NCBI GenBank assembly: GCA_051866635.1
Contig: JBJDXJ010000026.1
Location: forward strand, 32,001-96,000
Direction of reading: 5' to 3'
Origin: Clostridia bacterium
GTDB lineage: Bacteria > Bacillota > Clostridia > UMGS1883
DNA length: 64,000 nucleotides
Of the stretch, positions 55,946-64,000 are shown in pieces. The notes below the pieces were generated by a model. That model saw only the letters and a list, made by a program, of their open reading frames with translations. It did not search any database and had not been told where the DNA came from. The translations under genes were made by a program, and so were the position numbers. Each line of letters starts with the position of its first letter. The first letter of the stretch is position 1.

Positions 55946-56434
55946 TCACTTTTTTCCGTAATTAATCATATCAGCAAGTTTATTTGCAGATTCCTTATCA
56001 AAAGAACCAGCTATTTTACATGTGTATGTATCTATTGCAGTGGTGACCATCGGTGAAGAAATAAGCTCTCCGTTAAATGAAATTAATATATAATTCTCTC
56101 CAAGGGGAATTTTTTCAACAGCCTTTTCGGTGGCTTCCTTAAACTTAATTCTGCCTTCTTCGGTAAACTCAATTGTTATAAAGTATTCAGGGGATCCAAA
56201 CTGAGTTGCTTCACCAAAGCTTACTTTTGCACCTTTTATGTGACTTTTATCAAGAATCACATTTCCGTCATAGTCTTTAAATTCAATGCCCACATCGACA
56301 CTTGAAGTTTCACCTTTTTTATTGCTTTGAACACTTTCAGTAGGCACTGTCGATACAAAGTTCTCCACCTTAGCACCACTGTATCCTGACAACATACATG
56401 CGGCAACTAAAATCGCAATCAGTGAATTTACCAT
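55946..56434 (-). CDS. stand-alone SecDF P1 head-subdomain protein (exported)
   Basis: IEFTEEGRIKFKEAT...NGELISSPMV..I...IAGSF..ESA..LA resembles the SecD P1 head; N-terminal signal peptide. Confidence 0.7.
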   Translation of the reverse strand: MVNSLIAILVAACMLSGYSGAKVENFVSTVPTESVQSNKKGETSSVDVGIEFKDYDGNVILDKSHIKGAKVSFGEATQFGSPEYFITIEFTEEGRIKFKEATEKAVEKIPLGENYILISFNGELISSPMVTTAIDTYTCKIAGSFDKESANKLADMINYGKK

Positions 56435-56457
56435 AGTTTACTCCTTTACGCTATCTT

Positions 56458-57027
56458 TTACCCGATAGGATTACCGTCTTTATCAAAAAGGGGCAATTTT
56501 TCAAGGAAAATGATATCATCACGCTCAGCGGCTTTACCTTCTGCCAAGACTGCCGCCTTACCCACAACAATACCGCCCGCTTTTTCAGCAAGCTCTGTCA
56601 ATGCCAATAAAGACTCACCTGTGCTGATAACATCATCTACAATAAGTATCTTTTTTCCTTTCAATGCATCAAGTTCGTCCTGACCTATGCAAAGCGTCTG
56701 CTTGTGAGCTGTTGTAATAGAATCAACATCGGTTGTAATAATGTTTTTCATATACAGCTTAGGACCTTTTCTTGCGATTATATAATTATCTGCATTTATC
56801 TGCCTTGCCATTTCATAAATAAGAGGAATACTCTTACATTCAGCAGTAAGCATAATATCAAAATCAGGTGCTTTTTCAAGCAATGCTTTTGCACTCGCCT
56901 TTGTAATTTCCACATCACCGAACATTATGAATGCACCGATATACAGGTTTTCATTTATCGGACAGAGAGGAAGCTCTCTATCTAACCCTGCAATATTCAT
57001 TTTATAACTTTTATCCACATTAACCAT
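56458..57027 (-). CDS. phosphoribosyltransferase (adenine PRT-like)
   Basis: ILIVDDVISTGES PRPP-binding motif. Confidence 0.88.
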   Translation of the reverse strand: MVNVDKSYKMNIAGLDRELPLCPINENLYIGAFIMFGDVEITKASAKALLEKAPDFDIMLTAECKSIPLIYEMARQINADNYIIARKGPKLYMKNIITTDVDSITTAHKQTLCIGQDELDALKGKKILIVDDVISTGESLLALTELAEKAGGIVVGKAAVLAEGKAAERDDIIFLEKLPLFDKDGNPIG

Positions 57028-57095
57028 CCCTTTTCGTTTTATATAAATATTTTACACCAAATTATGAAATTTGCAAGTGGCAATTAAAGATTTAG

Positions 57096-57512
57096 TCAAC
57101 CCTTTTTTTGATAAATCCAATAGGTCAGCCAATAAACGAACACTAAAACACACAACATAAGTGCAAGAATTATAGCGATTTCGTCCTTCCCCATAATTTC
57201 AAACACAATAACCATAACAGCACTAATGCATGAATAAACGCCAAATGCCACACTTTTTGCCTTATGTAATATTGCAATATTTCTCTCATCAGTTTCTGCA
57301 ATTTTCTGACGGCGTATTGTTTCTTCATCCTTTGTTATAAGGCGATATTTTCTTATTTTTGCAATGCCGATTACAAATAACACCAAACCGAAAGACGAGA
57401 AAAAGTCATTTGTAAACACATCTGTAAAACACATCCCTATCAGACAAACACCCACAATAACATAGCCGATAGCCATATAAAGTCTTAATTTTAATTTCTT
57501 TTCAAAATCCAC
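57096..57512 (-). CDS. 4-TM membrane protein (DUF2178-like)
   Basis: DERN...KA motif typical of partners of small XRE regulators. Confidence 0.65.
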   Translation of the reverse strand: MDFEKKLKLRLYMAIGYVIVGVCLIGMCFTDVFTNDFFSSFGLVLFVIGIAKIRKYRLITKDEETIRRQKIAETDERNIAILHKAKSVAFGVYSCISAVMVIVFEIMGKDEIAIILALMLCVLVFVYWLTYWIYQKKG

Positions 57513-57514
57513 AA

Positions 57515-57712
57515 TTACTCCTCCTCAAAAATAAATAAATCCTCAATTTGTATGTCAAAATATTTTGACAGTTTAAAAGCAAGCTGTAAAGATGCGATAT
57601 ATTTCCCGTTTTCAAGGGAAATAATTGTTTGCCGTGTCACGTCTACCGCCCTTGCCAAATCATCCTGTGTCAGTTTTCGCTCTTTTCGGTATTCTTTTAT
57701 TCTATTTTCCAC
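57515..57712 (-). CDS. XRE family HTH regulator
   Basis: NRIKEYR...LTQDDLA...VTRQTIISLENGKY..SL.LAFK; GTG start after AGGGG. Confidence 0.9.
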   Translation of the reverse strand: MENRIKEYRKERKLTQDDLARAVDVTRQTIISLENGKYIASLQLAFKLSKYFDIQIEDLFIFEEE

Positions 57713-57734
57713 ATATATCCCCCTTGTGTTAATT

Positions 57735-57799
57735 TGTACAGTTAACTTTACATTTTTGATTATATCAACCTCAAATAAAAATGTCAAGCATATTTTACA
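57735..57799 (-). promoter_or_regulatory. consensus promoter with two XRE-type operators
   Basis: TTGACA-N17-TATAAT (57787-57759); quasi-palindromes TGTACAGTTAACTTTACA and TGTCAAGCATATTTTACA. Confidence 0.75.
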
Positions 57800-57817
57800 T
57801 TTTTATTCTGCATAATG

Positions 57818-58540
57818 TTATTGAGACTTTTTTCTTAAAATTATAGAGATAAAATTCAAATATTGTCCCCCGCCTGCTTCCATTGATTTTCTGTCATTTA
57901 CGGCATATTCATTATCTTGTTTTAACCAATCCGCCCATACTTCATCATTGCTTTCCATTTCTTTTACCGAAATAACTTCGGCATTTTTGCATTTACCAAC
58001 CATTTTGCTCCAATATTTCACATCGTGCATATAATCAAGCTGTTCTTCATTCCAAGAAAGTAAAAGCTCTTTCGGCAAATTATCATGACAGTCTTTTTTC
58101 ATGCCGGGGATAGCAATATAAATATATCCACCGTTTTTCACAAAAGGTAACAATTTATCATCAAGATAATTTTCGTCACGTCCAAAGTAGTTGTATGAAT
58201 CAGTGCTTACCACAGCATCAAAGAAGTTCTTTTCAAAGGGAAGCTGTGTTGCATCGGCTTTAACAGGTATAATTTCATTTTCTGTCAGACCCATTTCAGA
58301 AAAAAATCTGCGGTTTTCCTCAGGATCACTCCACAAATCTGCGGCATATACTCTAAACCCGTACTCCTTTGCAAGGAATACACTGGTCAGCCCTTGACCG
58401 CTACCTAAATCACAAACAATTGCACCACTTTTAATATTGTGATTAATCAAAAGTTCTTCTTCTAATTTAACAGGATTAGGTCCCATAATTTTTGATTGCA
58501 ATTGAGGCGTATTATACTTTATGCTTTTAATATATTCCAT
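57818..58540 (-). CDS. class I SAM-dependent methyltransferase
   Basis: DLGSGQG motif I; DATQLPF..FFDAV. Confidence 0.9.
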   Translation of the reverse strand: MEYIKSIKYNTPQLQSKIMGPNPVKLEEELLINHNIKSGAIVCDLGSGQGLTSVFLAKEYGFRVYAADLWSDPEENRRFFSEMGLTENEIIPVKADATQLPFEKNFFDAVVSTDSYNYFGRDENYLDDKLLPFVKNGGYIYIAIPGMKKDCHDNLPKELLLSWNEEQLDYMHDVKYWSKMVGKCKNAEVISVKEMESNDEVWADWLKQDNEYAVNDRKSMEAGGGQYLNFISIILRKKSQ

Positions 58541-58552
58541 TTTCCTTGCTCC

Positions 58553-59611
58553 TTATCTTCCGCGAAAACTTTTATTAATTTTCGCAATATTTTTAAACTT
58601 TTGTTTCTTTTCTGCCAAAAACCCATCTTTATCGTCAGCATATCTGTTTTCTGTTTTAAGTTTATTATAAGACAGCCATCTTTCTTTTTGCAACTGACCT
58701 TTTTCAATTGCTTCCCGAACGGCACAGCCCGGCTCGTTTGTGTGACTGCAATTATTAAAGCGACACATAGATGCCAAATCTTCTATATCCGAAAAGGATT
58801 TGTCCAAACCATCATCTATATCCCACAAGCCAAGCTCTCTCATACCGGGGGTATCTATTAGCATTCCACCGTGTTTCAGTAAAAACAGCTCACGCCTTGT
58901 TGTTGTATGTCTGCCTTTATCGTCATTTCTTAAACCCTTTGTAGCCAATCTCTCCTCTTTAAGAAGACGGTTAATAAGCGTTGACTTTCCAACACCGGAA
59001 GAACCCACCAATGCCACCGTTTTTCCTTCTTTTATATAAGGGTTAAGTGCAGTTAATCCCTCTTCTGCCAAAGAAGATGTCACAATAACATCCACACCCA
59101 CAGCAATTGAACGGACAGATTCGATAAACTGTTCCACATTTGAACATAAATCTGCTTTAGTTAAGACCACCACAGGGGTTGCACCGCTATTCCAAGCAAC
59201 AGACAGGTATCTTTCCAATCTTCTCAAATTGAAATCATTGTTTAATGACATGCAAATAAATACCGTATCAATATTGGCGGCAACCACTTGCTCCACATTG
59301 CCCGTTCCTGCACCTTTGCGGATAAAAACACTTTTTCTTGGTAAAACATTGTGTATTATAGCAAAGCCTTCATCAGAATTACAATCTGATACTACAAAAT
59401 CTCCTACAGCAGGAAAATCTGACATACATTTGGCATTATACCGTAATTTACCTGAAACCTTTGCTGACTGTTCACCTTTTTCACATATTAAGCGGTACAT
59501 ATCTTTCTCCTGTGCCAATATTCGTCCTATTACATAATTATCATTGTATTTCTGCATTAATTCATCATATTGGTTAAGTAAACCGAATGAAGCCATATTA
59601 ATGTTATTCAT
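58553..59611 (-). CDS. rsgA: RsgA family GTPase (long, probably second-copy type)
   Basis: circularly permuted TKAD, GSSGVGKS, GRHTT and DTPG; zinc knuckle CRFNNCSHTNEPGC. Confidence 0.9.
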   Translation of the reverse strand: MNNINMASFGLLNQYDELMQKYNDNYVIGRILAQEKDMYRLICEKGEQSAKVSGKLRYNAKCMSDFPAVGDFVVSDCNSDEGFAIIHNVLPRKSVFIRKGAGTGNVEQVVAANIDTVFICMSLNNDFNLRRLERYLSVAWNSGATPVVVLTKADLCSNVEQFIESVRSIAVGVDVIVTSSLAEEGLTALNPYIKEGKTVALVGSSGVGKSTLINRLLKEERLATKGLRNDDKGRHTTTRRELFLLKHGGMLIDTPGMRELGLWDIDDGLDKSFSDIEDLASMCRFNNCSHTNEPGCAVREAIEKGQLQKERWLSYNKLKTENRYADDKDGFLAEKKQKFKNIAKINKSFRGR

Positions 59612-60245
59612 TATTTTCATCCTTCCATAAGTTTTTTACGGCATTGTTCTTAATAAAACGGTCAATATGATTGTTAAGAATTTCAACAGCCTTTTCCTTA
59701 TTCTGTGACCAATCAGACATGTTTACAAGTAAATACAGAGGAGCATAATACTCAACAGCAAGCTGTTTTGGGTCAGCTTCTTGTAAAATACCTTCTTCTA
59801 TCATCTCACGAAATATATCTGCCATATAATTAACAGGTCCTGATGTAATGCAATTGCTGTATAGCTCTGCCATTTCACTGCTATGATACCGTTCCAATGA
59901 CAACATCTTTCTAAAATCAGATGCAAAGCTATCCTCATACCAGAATGAAAATTGTGCAATTGTAAAATTTCGGATATTATCCATAGATATGTTCTTATAA
60001 CCCTCAGGTTTATCTTCACACTTTTCTTCAGGCACTTCATATTGTCTTGCCCTTTCATTATCAACCTTATACATTCTCTCAACAATACTGTTAAAGATAT
60101 CTCGTTTGTTTTTGTAATGCTTATATAAAGCTCCTTTTGTCATACCTAATTCACCTGCAATAGTACTTACGGAAACTGCCTCATATCCGTCTCGTGCAAA
60201 TAAGCGAAGTGAGGTCATTAAAATATTTTCTTTTGTATCAGCCAT
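59604..60245 (-). CDS. TetR/AcrR family regulator
   Basis: LFARDGYEAVSVSTIAGELGMTKGALYKHYKNK. Confidence 0.93.
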   Translation of the reverse strand: MADTKENILMTSLRLFARDGYEAVSVSTIAGELGMTKGALYKHYKNKRDIFNSIVERMYKVDNERARQYEVPEEKCEDKPEGYKNISMDNIRNFTIAQFSFWYEDSFASDFRKMLSLERYHSSEMAELYSNCITSGPVNYMADIFREMIEEGILQEADPKQLAVEYYAPLYLLVNMSDWSQNKEKAVEILNNHIDRFIKNNAVKNLWKDENNE

Positions 60246-60264
60246 GTTGTATCCCTCCACATTA

Positions 60265-60313
60265 GAAAACGCTCGTTCACCTCAATTATAGTGAACGAGC
60301 GTTTACTTGTCAA
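60265..60313 (-). promoter_or_regulatory. consensus promoter flanked by twin TetR operators
   Basis: TTGACA-N17-TATAAT (60313-60285); AAACGCTCGTTCAC-N10-GTGAACGAGCGTTT brackets the -10 element. Confidence 0.85.
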
Positions 60314-60496
60314 TAGTTATATCAAAAAAGTGCAACAGACACCCAAAAAGATGTTTATTGCACTTCTTTTTTTCATTTTAAAATCAAATTTGCCTTAGTG
60401 AGTTTGTACCATACCTCTTCAATCTTCACTATTACTTATTACTTTCCAAAATCGACAACCCATTAGTGAATAGTGAATTGGTAATAGTGAATAAGT

Positions 60497-60532
60497 AAAA
60501 TCGACAAGATTCTGTCGAACCTTGTCGATTTT
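60497..60532 (-). terminator. hairpin terminator immediately 3' of the tRNA CCA
   Basis: AAAATCGACAAG...CTTGTCGATTTT. Confidence 0.7.
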
Positions 60533-60580
60533 GGTGAGACACGGGGGAATCGAACCCCCGACAACTTGATTAAAAGTCAA
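60532..60580 (-). pseudogene. 3' fragment of tRNA-Lys(TTT); att core of an integrated element
   Basis: minus strand TTGA-CTTTTAA-TCAA-GTTGTC-GGGGG-TTCGATT-CCCCC-GTGTCTC-ACCA; the 5' acceptor strand and D-arm are absent. Confidence 0.88.
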
Positions 60581-63500
60581 TTTAAAATCCTTTAACAAAG
60601 CTGTATATCAAGGTCTTGACAGCTTTTTGACACCTTTAAAACTGTAATTATAAACCTTTCATTTTTCCACGCAGAAAAATTAAAAGTCTTCCGGGGTGTT
60701 TTTTATTCCTCCGTTTCTATCTGCCCAGCATATTTTTCTAAAATATACTGCTTGGCATATTTATGTGCATTATCACGAATCTTAGGAATTTGACCTATTC
60801 GTGCCTCCTGTGAGTAGCCCTCCAAACTTTCAATGCCATCCCAATAATACATAAAGTACATGTTGTTAAACTCTTCATATTGTTCTTCGTTGAGTAGGTA
60901 AGTAACCTTATCCTGTGAAAAAGACTTACTTCTCTGTGACGGTAACACACCTTCCGGTTCTTTTTCGCAGGCAACAAATGTTTCTGCGAGTATCTGCTGT
61001 GCCTTTGTTGGGTTTTCCCAGTCCGGAATAATAAAACTATTGCTTGTTTTATCGCAGTATATCCAAAATGCCTCCACTGAACTCCGTCCCGTTTTTTCCC
61101 TATCCTGCTTCATTATTTCAAATGTATCCTCCGGGGTTGTATCGGTATCATTGCTATCGTAATACCAGCCTTCCGCCACCGCTTTTTCCTGTGCTGCCGC
61201 CTTTGCCTTGCTCTTTGCATTGGATATGAACTCAACCCACTCTTCGTTGTCAAAGCTTTCGCTGTCTTGAAGGTTCATATACTTGGGCATTATCTCTTTG
61301 AATAAAATCCTCTCGTATTCCGCCTGCAGCTTATCTTGCTGTTCCTCCGACAAATAATACTTCGTTGTAGTATTTCTGTGCCCATCTATTGAAAATTCAT
61401 CACTCATGCGGTCAATCAGAACATTTGTATCTCCCGTTGCAATAAACACCTGGGCTATCTTCTTTTCCGGGTTTTCCATTTTGTCAGGCACAGGGCAGTC
61501 GCGTTTACTCATTTTGTTCCAAAGGTAATATTTATCCTCAACGGTAAACTTTCCGTATTTGTCAATATCCTCTGTAACCCATTTATAAACGCTGTAACCC
61601 TCGTCCTTCTTTTTATCGTCATACTCCGTCAGCATATCGTATACTTCTTCAGGCGAAAGGTCATATTCATCAACCACAGTTTTGAACACTTCACTGCTCT
61701 GTTTTGACAATTTTGGATAATTATTTTTGTGCCATTCCTGCACAGATGGTATTGCACTCTTACCGAACAAAAGGCCCAAAATCCAATCTTCCGCACTGCC
61801 GTCTACAGCATGCTGTACTTGCCCGTTTTTGTTTTCCTGGTACCCTTTTGTTAAATACATATATGCATTGACCATCTTTTTCGCCTGTGCTCCTGCACCC
61901 AACGGATTAAATATCGTAATTCCATTCCATATCACCTCTCCCCAGTCGGGTTCATCTCCCCCGTGAAAAGCTTTTGCAATATTGCCGAAAAAGTTTGCCA
62001 CAGCTCCAACACCGATTAATTCAGCCATATTACCGTTAACCGCTTTCACTATATTTGACACAATCGGTATTTCGTCCAATATGTCAAGCCATATTTCGCC
62101 TCCGGGCTTGCCGTCCTTAAAGCCTTCCACAGTATCTATAGTCATCTGCACCGGGTCGGTAAATACCGGATAGCCTTTTAACTTTTTGAACGCCTTGTTT
62201 ACCCCATATGCAATAGCAAAATCAACCGCAAATCCGGCAAGGAATGCTATCAAAGCTCCTATAGCATTCTTTGCCTCATCATCGTCTCCGCTCATAATAG
62301 CCTTTGTCATTCTGCCGATTTCACTTTTATAATACCGCACCTGGTTTACAGGCTCCAAGGTGTACTTGGTAATCACGCTTAAGGCATTTGATGAATATAT
62401 AAGCGGTGTTTCACCGTATTCACGGCTTGCCGCCAGCTTACGAATTTCAATATCCGCCGCACTTATAGCGTCCTCCTCGCTCATTCCCTGGCTCATATAC
62501 ACGCCTGTCATCATCTGATGCACTCTTGTTATATAAACTTTGTCAATAACAGCCATCGGAACAAAGCCCGCATTTTGCACCGATGTCACAGCATTACTTA
62601 ACCGGCTCTTGTCTTTAAGAACAACATCATCGTGAAATCTGTTTGTCAAAAAGGTTGATTTCGTAATATGTTCTTTTATGCTGTCATTTCTTCTCAAAGT
62701 GTATTGCAGATTGGCAATATCCTTTTCGTAAACGCTTTCTCTAATAACCCATCCTATCCCCTGGGCATAAACCGCAGCGTTTGTTATCGAAGTTCCTAAA
62801 TTGTAAGAAATCTGGTTTTTGCTCACATTGTTCATAAGCAATCTGTTCAACTGTGCCGCTTTTCGTCCTACAAAATTTTCTTGAATGGTTCTGTCCAGCA
62901 TATGCTGCTTGCCGGCAAGGGTGTTACCATATTGACGCAAGTAAGATGCGAAATTAGAAAGACAATATTTATCATTACCCTCAGCGTTAAATGTCTGCCG
63001 TAAATAATTCTCCAGTATTCTTACCTTCACAATATCACCGGAGTGATAAATATACCTTCCCATACTGTTAAAATATCTTTCCGCACCTGTCACAGCATCA
63101 AACTCTGTACTGTTTCCAAGTCTTTCTTGCATAAAGGGCGACCACTGCTTCGTTGGTCTGAAGTTTTCCGTCATTCCGTTTATAGCCGTTGGCAACTTGT
63201 CAATGGTTTTATTAACATTCAAAAACGCCAATATGTTATCAAGAGTATCATTTTTTTCCATATGGGGGAAATAATCCATTTCTATAGTCCCCCTCAAACT
63301 GTCGTACTTCTTGCCGCGCATTAAAAGGTTCCACGCCCACTGCTGCATTTCGGTAATCGACTTGGTTTCTGCGTTCTTTTCCCTCCAATCAATCCTCTTT
63401 TCAAAATCCTTACCGTAAGTGAAGTACGCATCTGCCGCACATTTTTGAATTTCGTTTGTTTCAAGCACTTTTTCACGTTCACTCCGGGAAAGGTTTCTTA

Positions 63501-64000
63501 TGCTCTCTCCTTTATCTTTAAGCCACTTAACCTGTCTTTGCATATCGGAAATTATACCTTTAAGTTGTTTATTAACCTTAAAGGTAGGTGCTTTTATATC
63601 TTCCTCACCACGTGCAAAGCGTACAGCGTTAATCTGCTGCAGTACCTCTTTGTAGCTGTCTCTCAAATAATTTGCAAGAGCGATTATTCTTGCCTTCTGC
63701 TCACTCTTAAACCCAGCCTTATCAAGGTCGTATTCGTTGAAAAAGCCTTCGCCTAATGCCTGTGCCGCCGCACTTTCCGCACTTCGTTTCCTAATGTCCA
63801 GTTCCTCAAGTTTTTCAAGATAGCCGTCCTTCCACTCGTTCATCACCCTTGTGTTTTCCTGTATGGGATAGTAGAAAATCTCGTTTATCTTTTCTGCCGC
63901 CCATATAAGCTCACGGCGTACCTCCACAGGAATATCACTTTTCATATTTTCCTTAATACTGTCAACCTTGCACATATAGTTAACTAATGCTTCAAAGGTG
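60581..64000. mobile_element. left edge of a prophage or genomic island integrated at tRNA-Lys
   Basis: att fragment, adjacent 11-bp direct repeats and a large phage-like gene running off the window. Confidence 0.7.
60703..63999 (-). CDS. giant phage-like protein (putative internal virion/ejection or large polyvalent protein), 5'-partial
   Basis: more than 1090 aa with the frame open to the window edge; helical, with hydrophobic segments (AIGALIAFLAGFAVDFAIAYGV) and a duplicated C-terminal unit. Confidence 0.6.
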   Translation of the reverse strand, partial: TFEALVNYMCKVDSIKENMKSDIPVEVRRELIWAAEKINEIFYYPIQENTRVMNEWKDGYLEKLEELDIRKRSAESAAAQALGEGFFNEYDLDKAGFKSEQKARIIALANYLRDSYKEVLQQINAVRFARGEEDIKAPTFKVNKQLKGIISDMQRQVKWLKDKGESIRNLSRSEREKVLETNEIQKCAADAYFTYGKDFEKRIDWREKNAETKSITEMQQWAWNLLMRGKKYDSLRGTIEMDYFPHMEKNDTLDNILAFLNVNKTIDKLPTAINGMTENFRPTKQWSPFMQERLGNSTEFDAVTGAERYFNSMGRYIYHSGDIVKVRILENYLRQTFNAEGNDKYCLSNFASYLRQYGNTLAGKQHMLDRTIQENFVGRKAAQLNRLLMNNVSKNQISYNLGTSITNAAVYAQGIGWVIRESVYEKDIANLQYTLRRNDSIKEHITKSTFLTNRFHDDVVLKDKSRLSNAVTSVQNAGFVPMAVIDKVYITRVHQMMTGVYMSQGMSEEDAISAADIEIRKLAASREYGETPLIYSSNALSVITKYTLEPVNQVRYYKSEIGRMTKAIMSGDDDEAKNAIGALIAFLAGFAVDFAIAYGVNKAFKKLKGYPVFTDPVQMTIDTVEGFKDGKPGGEIWLDILDEIPIVSNIVKAVNGNMAELIGVGAVANFFGNIAKAFHGGDEPDWGEVIWNGITIFNPLGAGAQAKKMVNAYMYLTKGYQENKNGQVQHAVDGSAEDWILGLLFGKSAIPSVQEWHKNNYPKLSKQSSEVFKTVVDEYDLSPEEVYDMLTEYDDKKKDEGYSVYKWVTEDIDKYGKFTVEDKYYLWNKMSKRDCPVPDKMENPEKKIAQVFIATGDTNVLIDRMSDEFSIDGHRNTTTKYYLSEEQQDKLQAEYERILFKEIMPKYMNLQDSESFDNEEWVEFISNAKSKAKAAAQEKAVAEGWYYDSNDTDTTPEDTFEIMKQDREKTGRSSVEAFWIYCDKTSNSFIIPDWENPTKAQQILAETFVACEKEPEGVLPSQRSKSFSQDKVTYLLNEEQYEEFNNMYFMYYWDGIESLEGYSQEARIGQIPKIRDNAHKYAKQYILEKYAGQIETEE

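Noticed and set aside
60532-60610. Intact tRNA-Lys gene
   Set aside because: The D-arm and 5' acceptor strand are absent; only the 3' 49 nt remain.

Overview
Low-GC Clostridia-type (Bacillota) chromosomal segment, probably from an anaerobic gut or rumen fibre degrader. Core genes: start of the F0F1 atp operon, ackA-pta divergent from tmcAL, HU, nifJ (PFOR), rsmD, yebC, an aspS-asnA-asnS cluster, sbcDC and a complete pstSCAB-phoU-phoBR operon with Pho-box repeats. Accessory genes: ABC transporters (one YtrA-regulated), GH2, GH51, a multidomain lyase-like protein, two tandem LamG-GH43 paralogues (one fused to SLH plus an esterase), a CotH kinase, a MocR/ECF-S pair and a TetR-rsgA2-methyltransferase operon. 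Non-coding elements: a preQ1-I riboswitch with visible terminator and antiterminator, two copies of a ~180-bp palindromic MITE/REP-like element, a ~230-nt multi-hairpin element in the sbcDC leader, and a 49-bp tRNA-Lys 3' fragment (att site). That att site borders an integrated element whose terminal gene is a giant phage-like protein running off the right edge. Best leads: (i) a shared ~80-aa C-terminal module (A-x-Y...G...K-x-x-LW...P) on two unrelated secreted proteins, a candidate docking or sorting domain; (ii) the tRNA-Lys-integrated element; (iii) the TetR-controlled RsgA paralogue plus methyltransferase; (iv) the structured repeats. All calls are by eye; no database searches were run.
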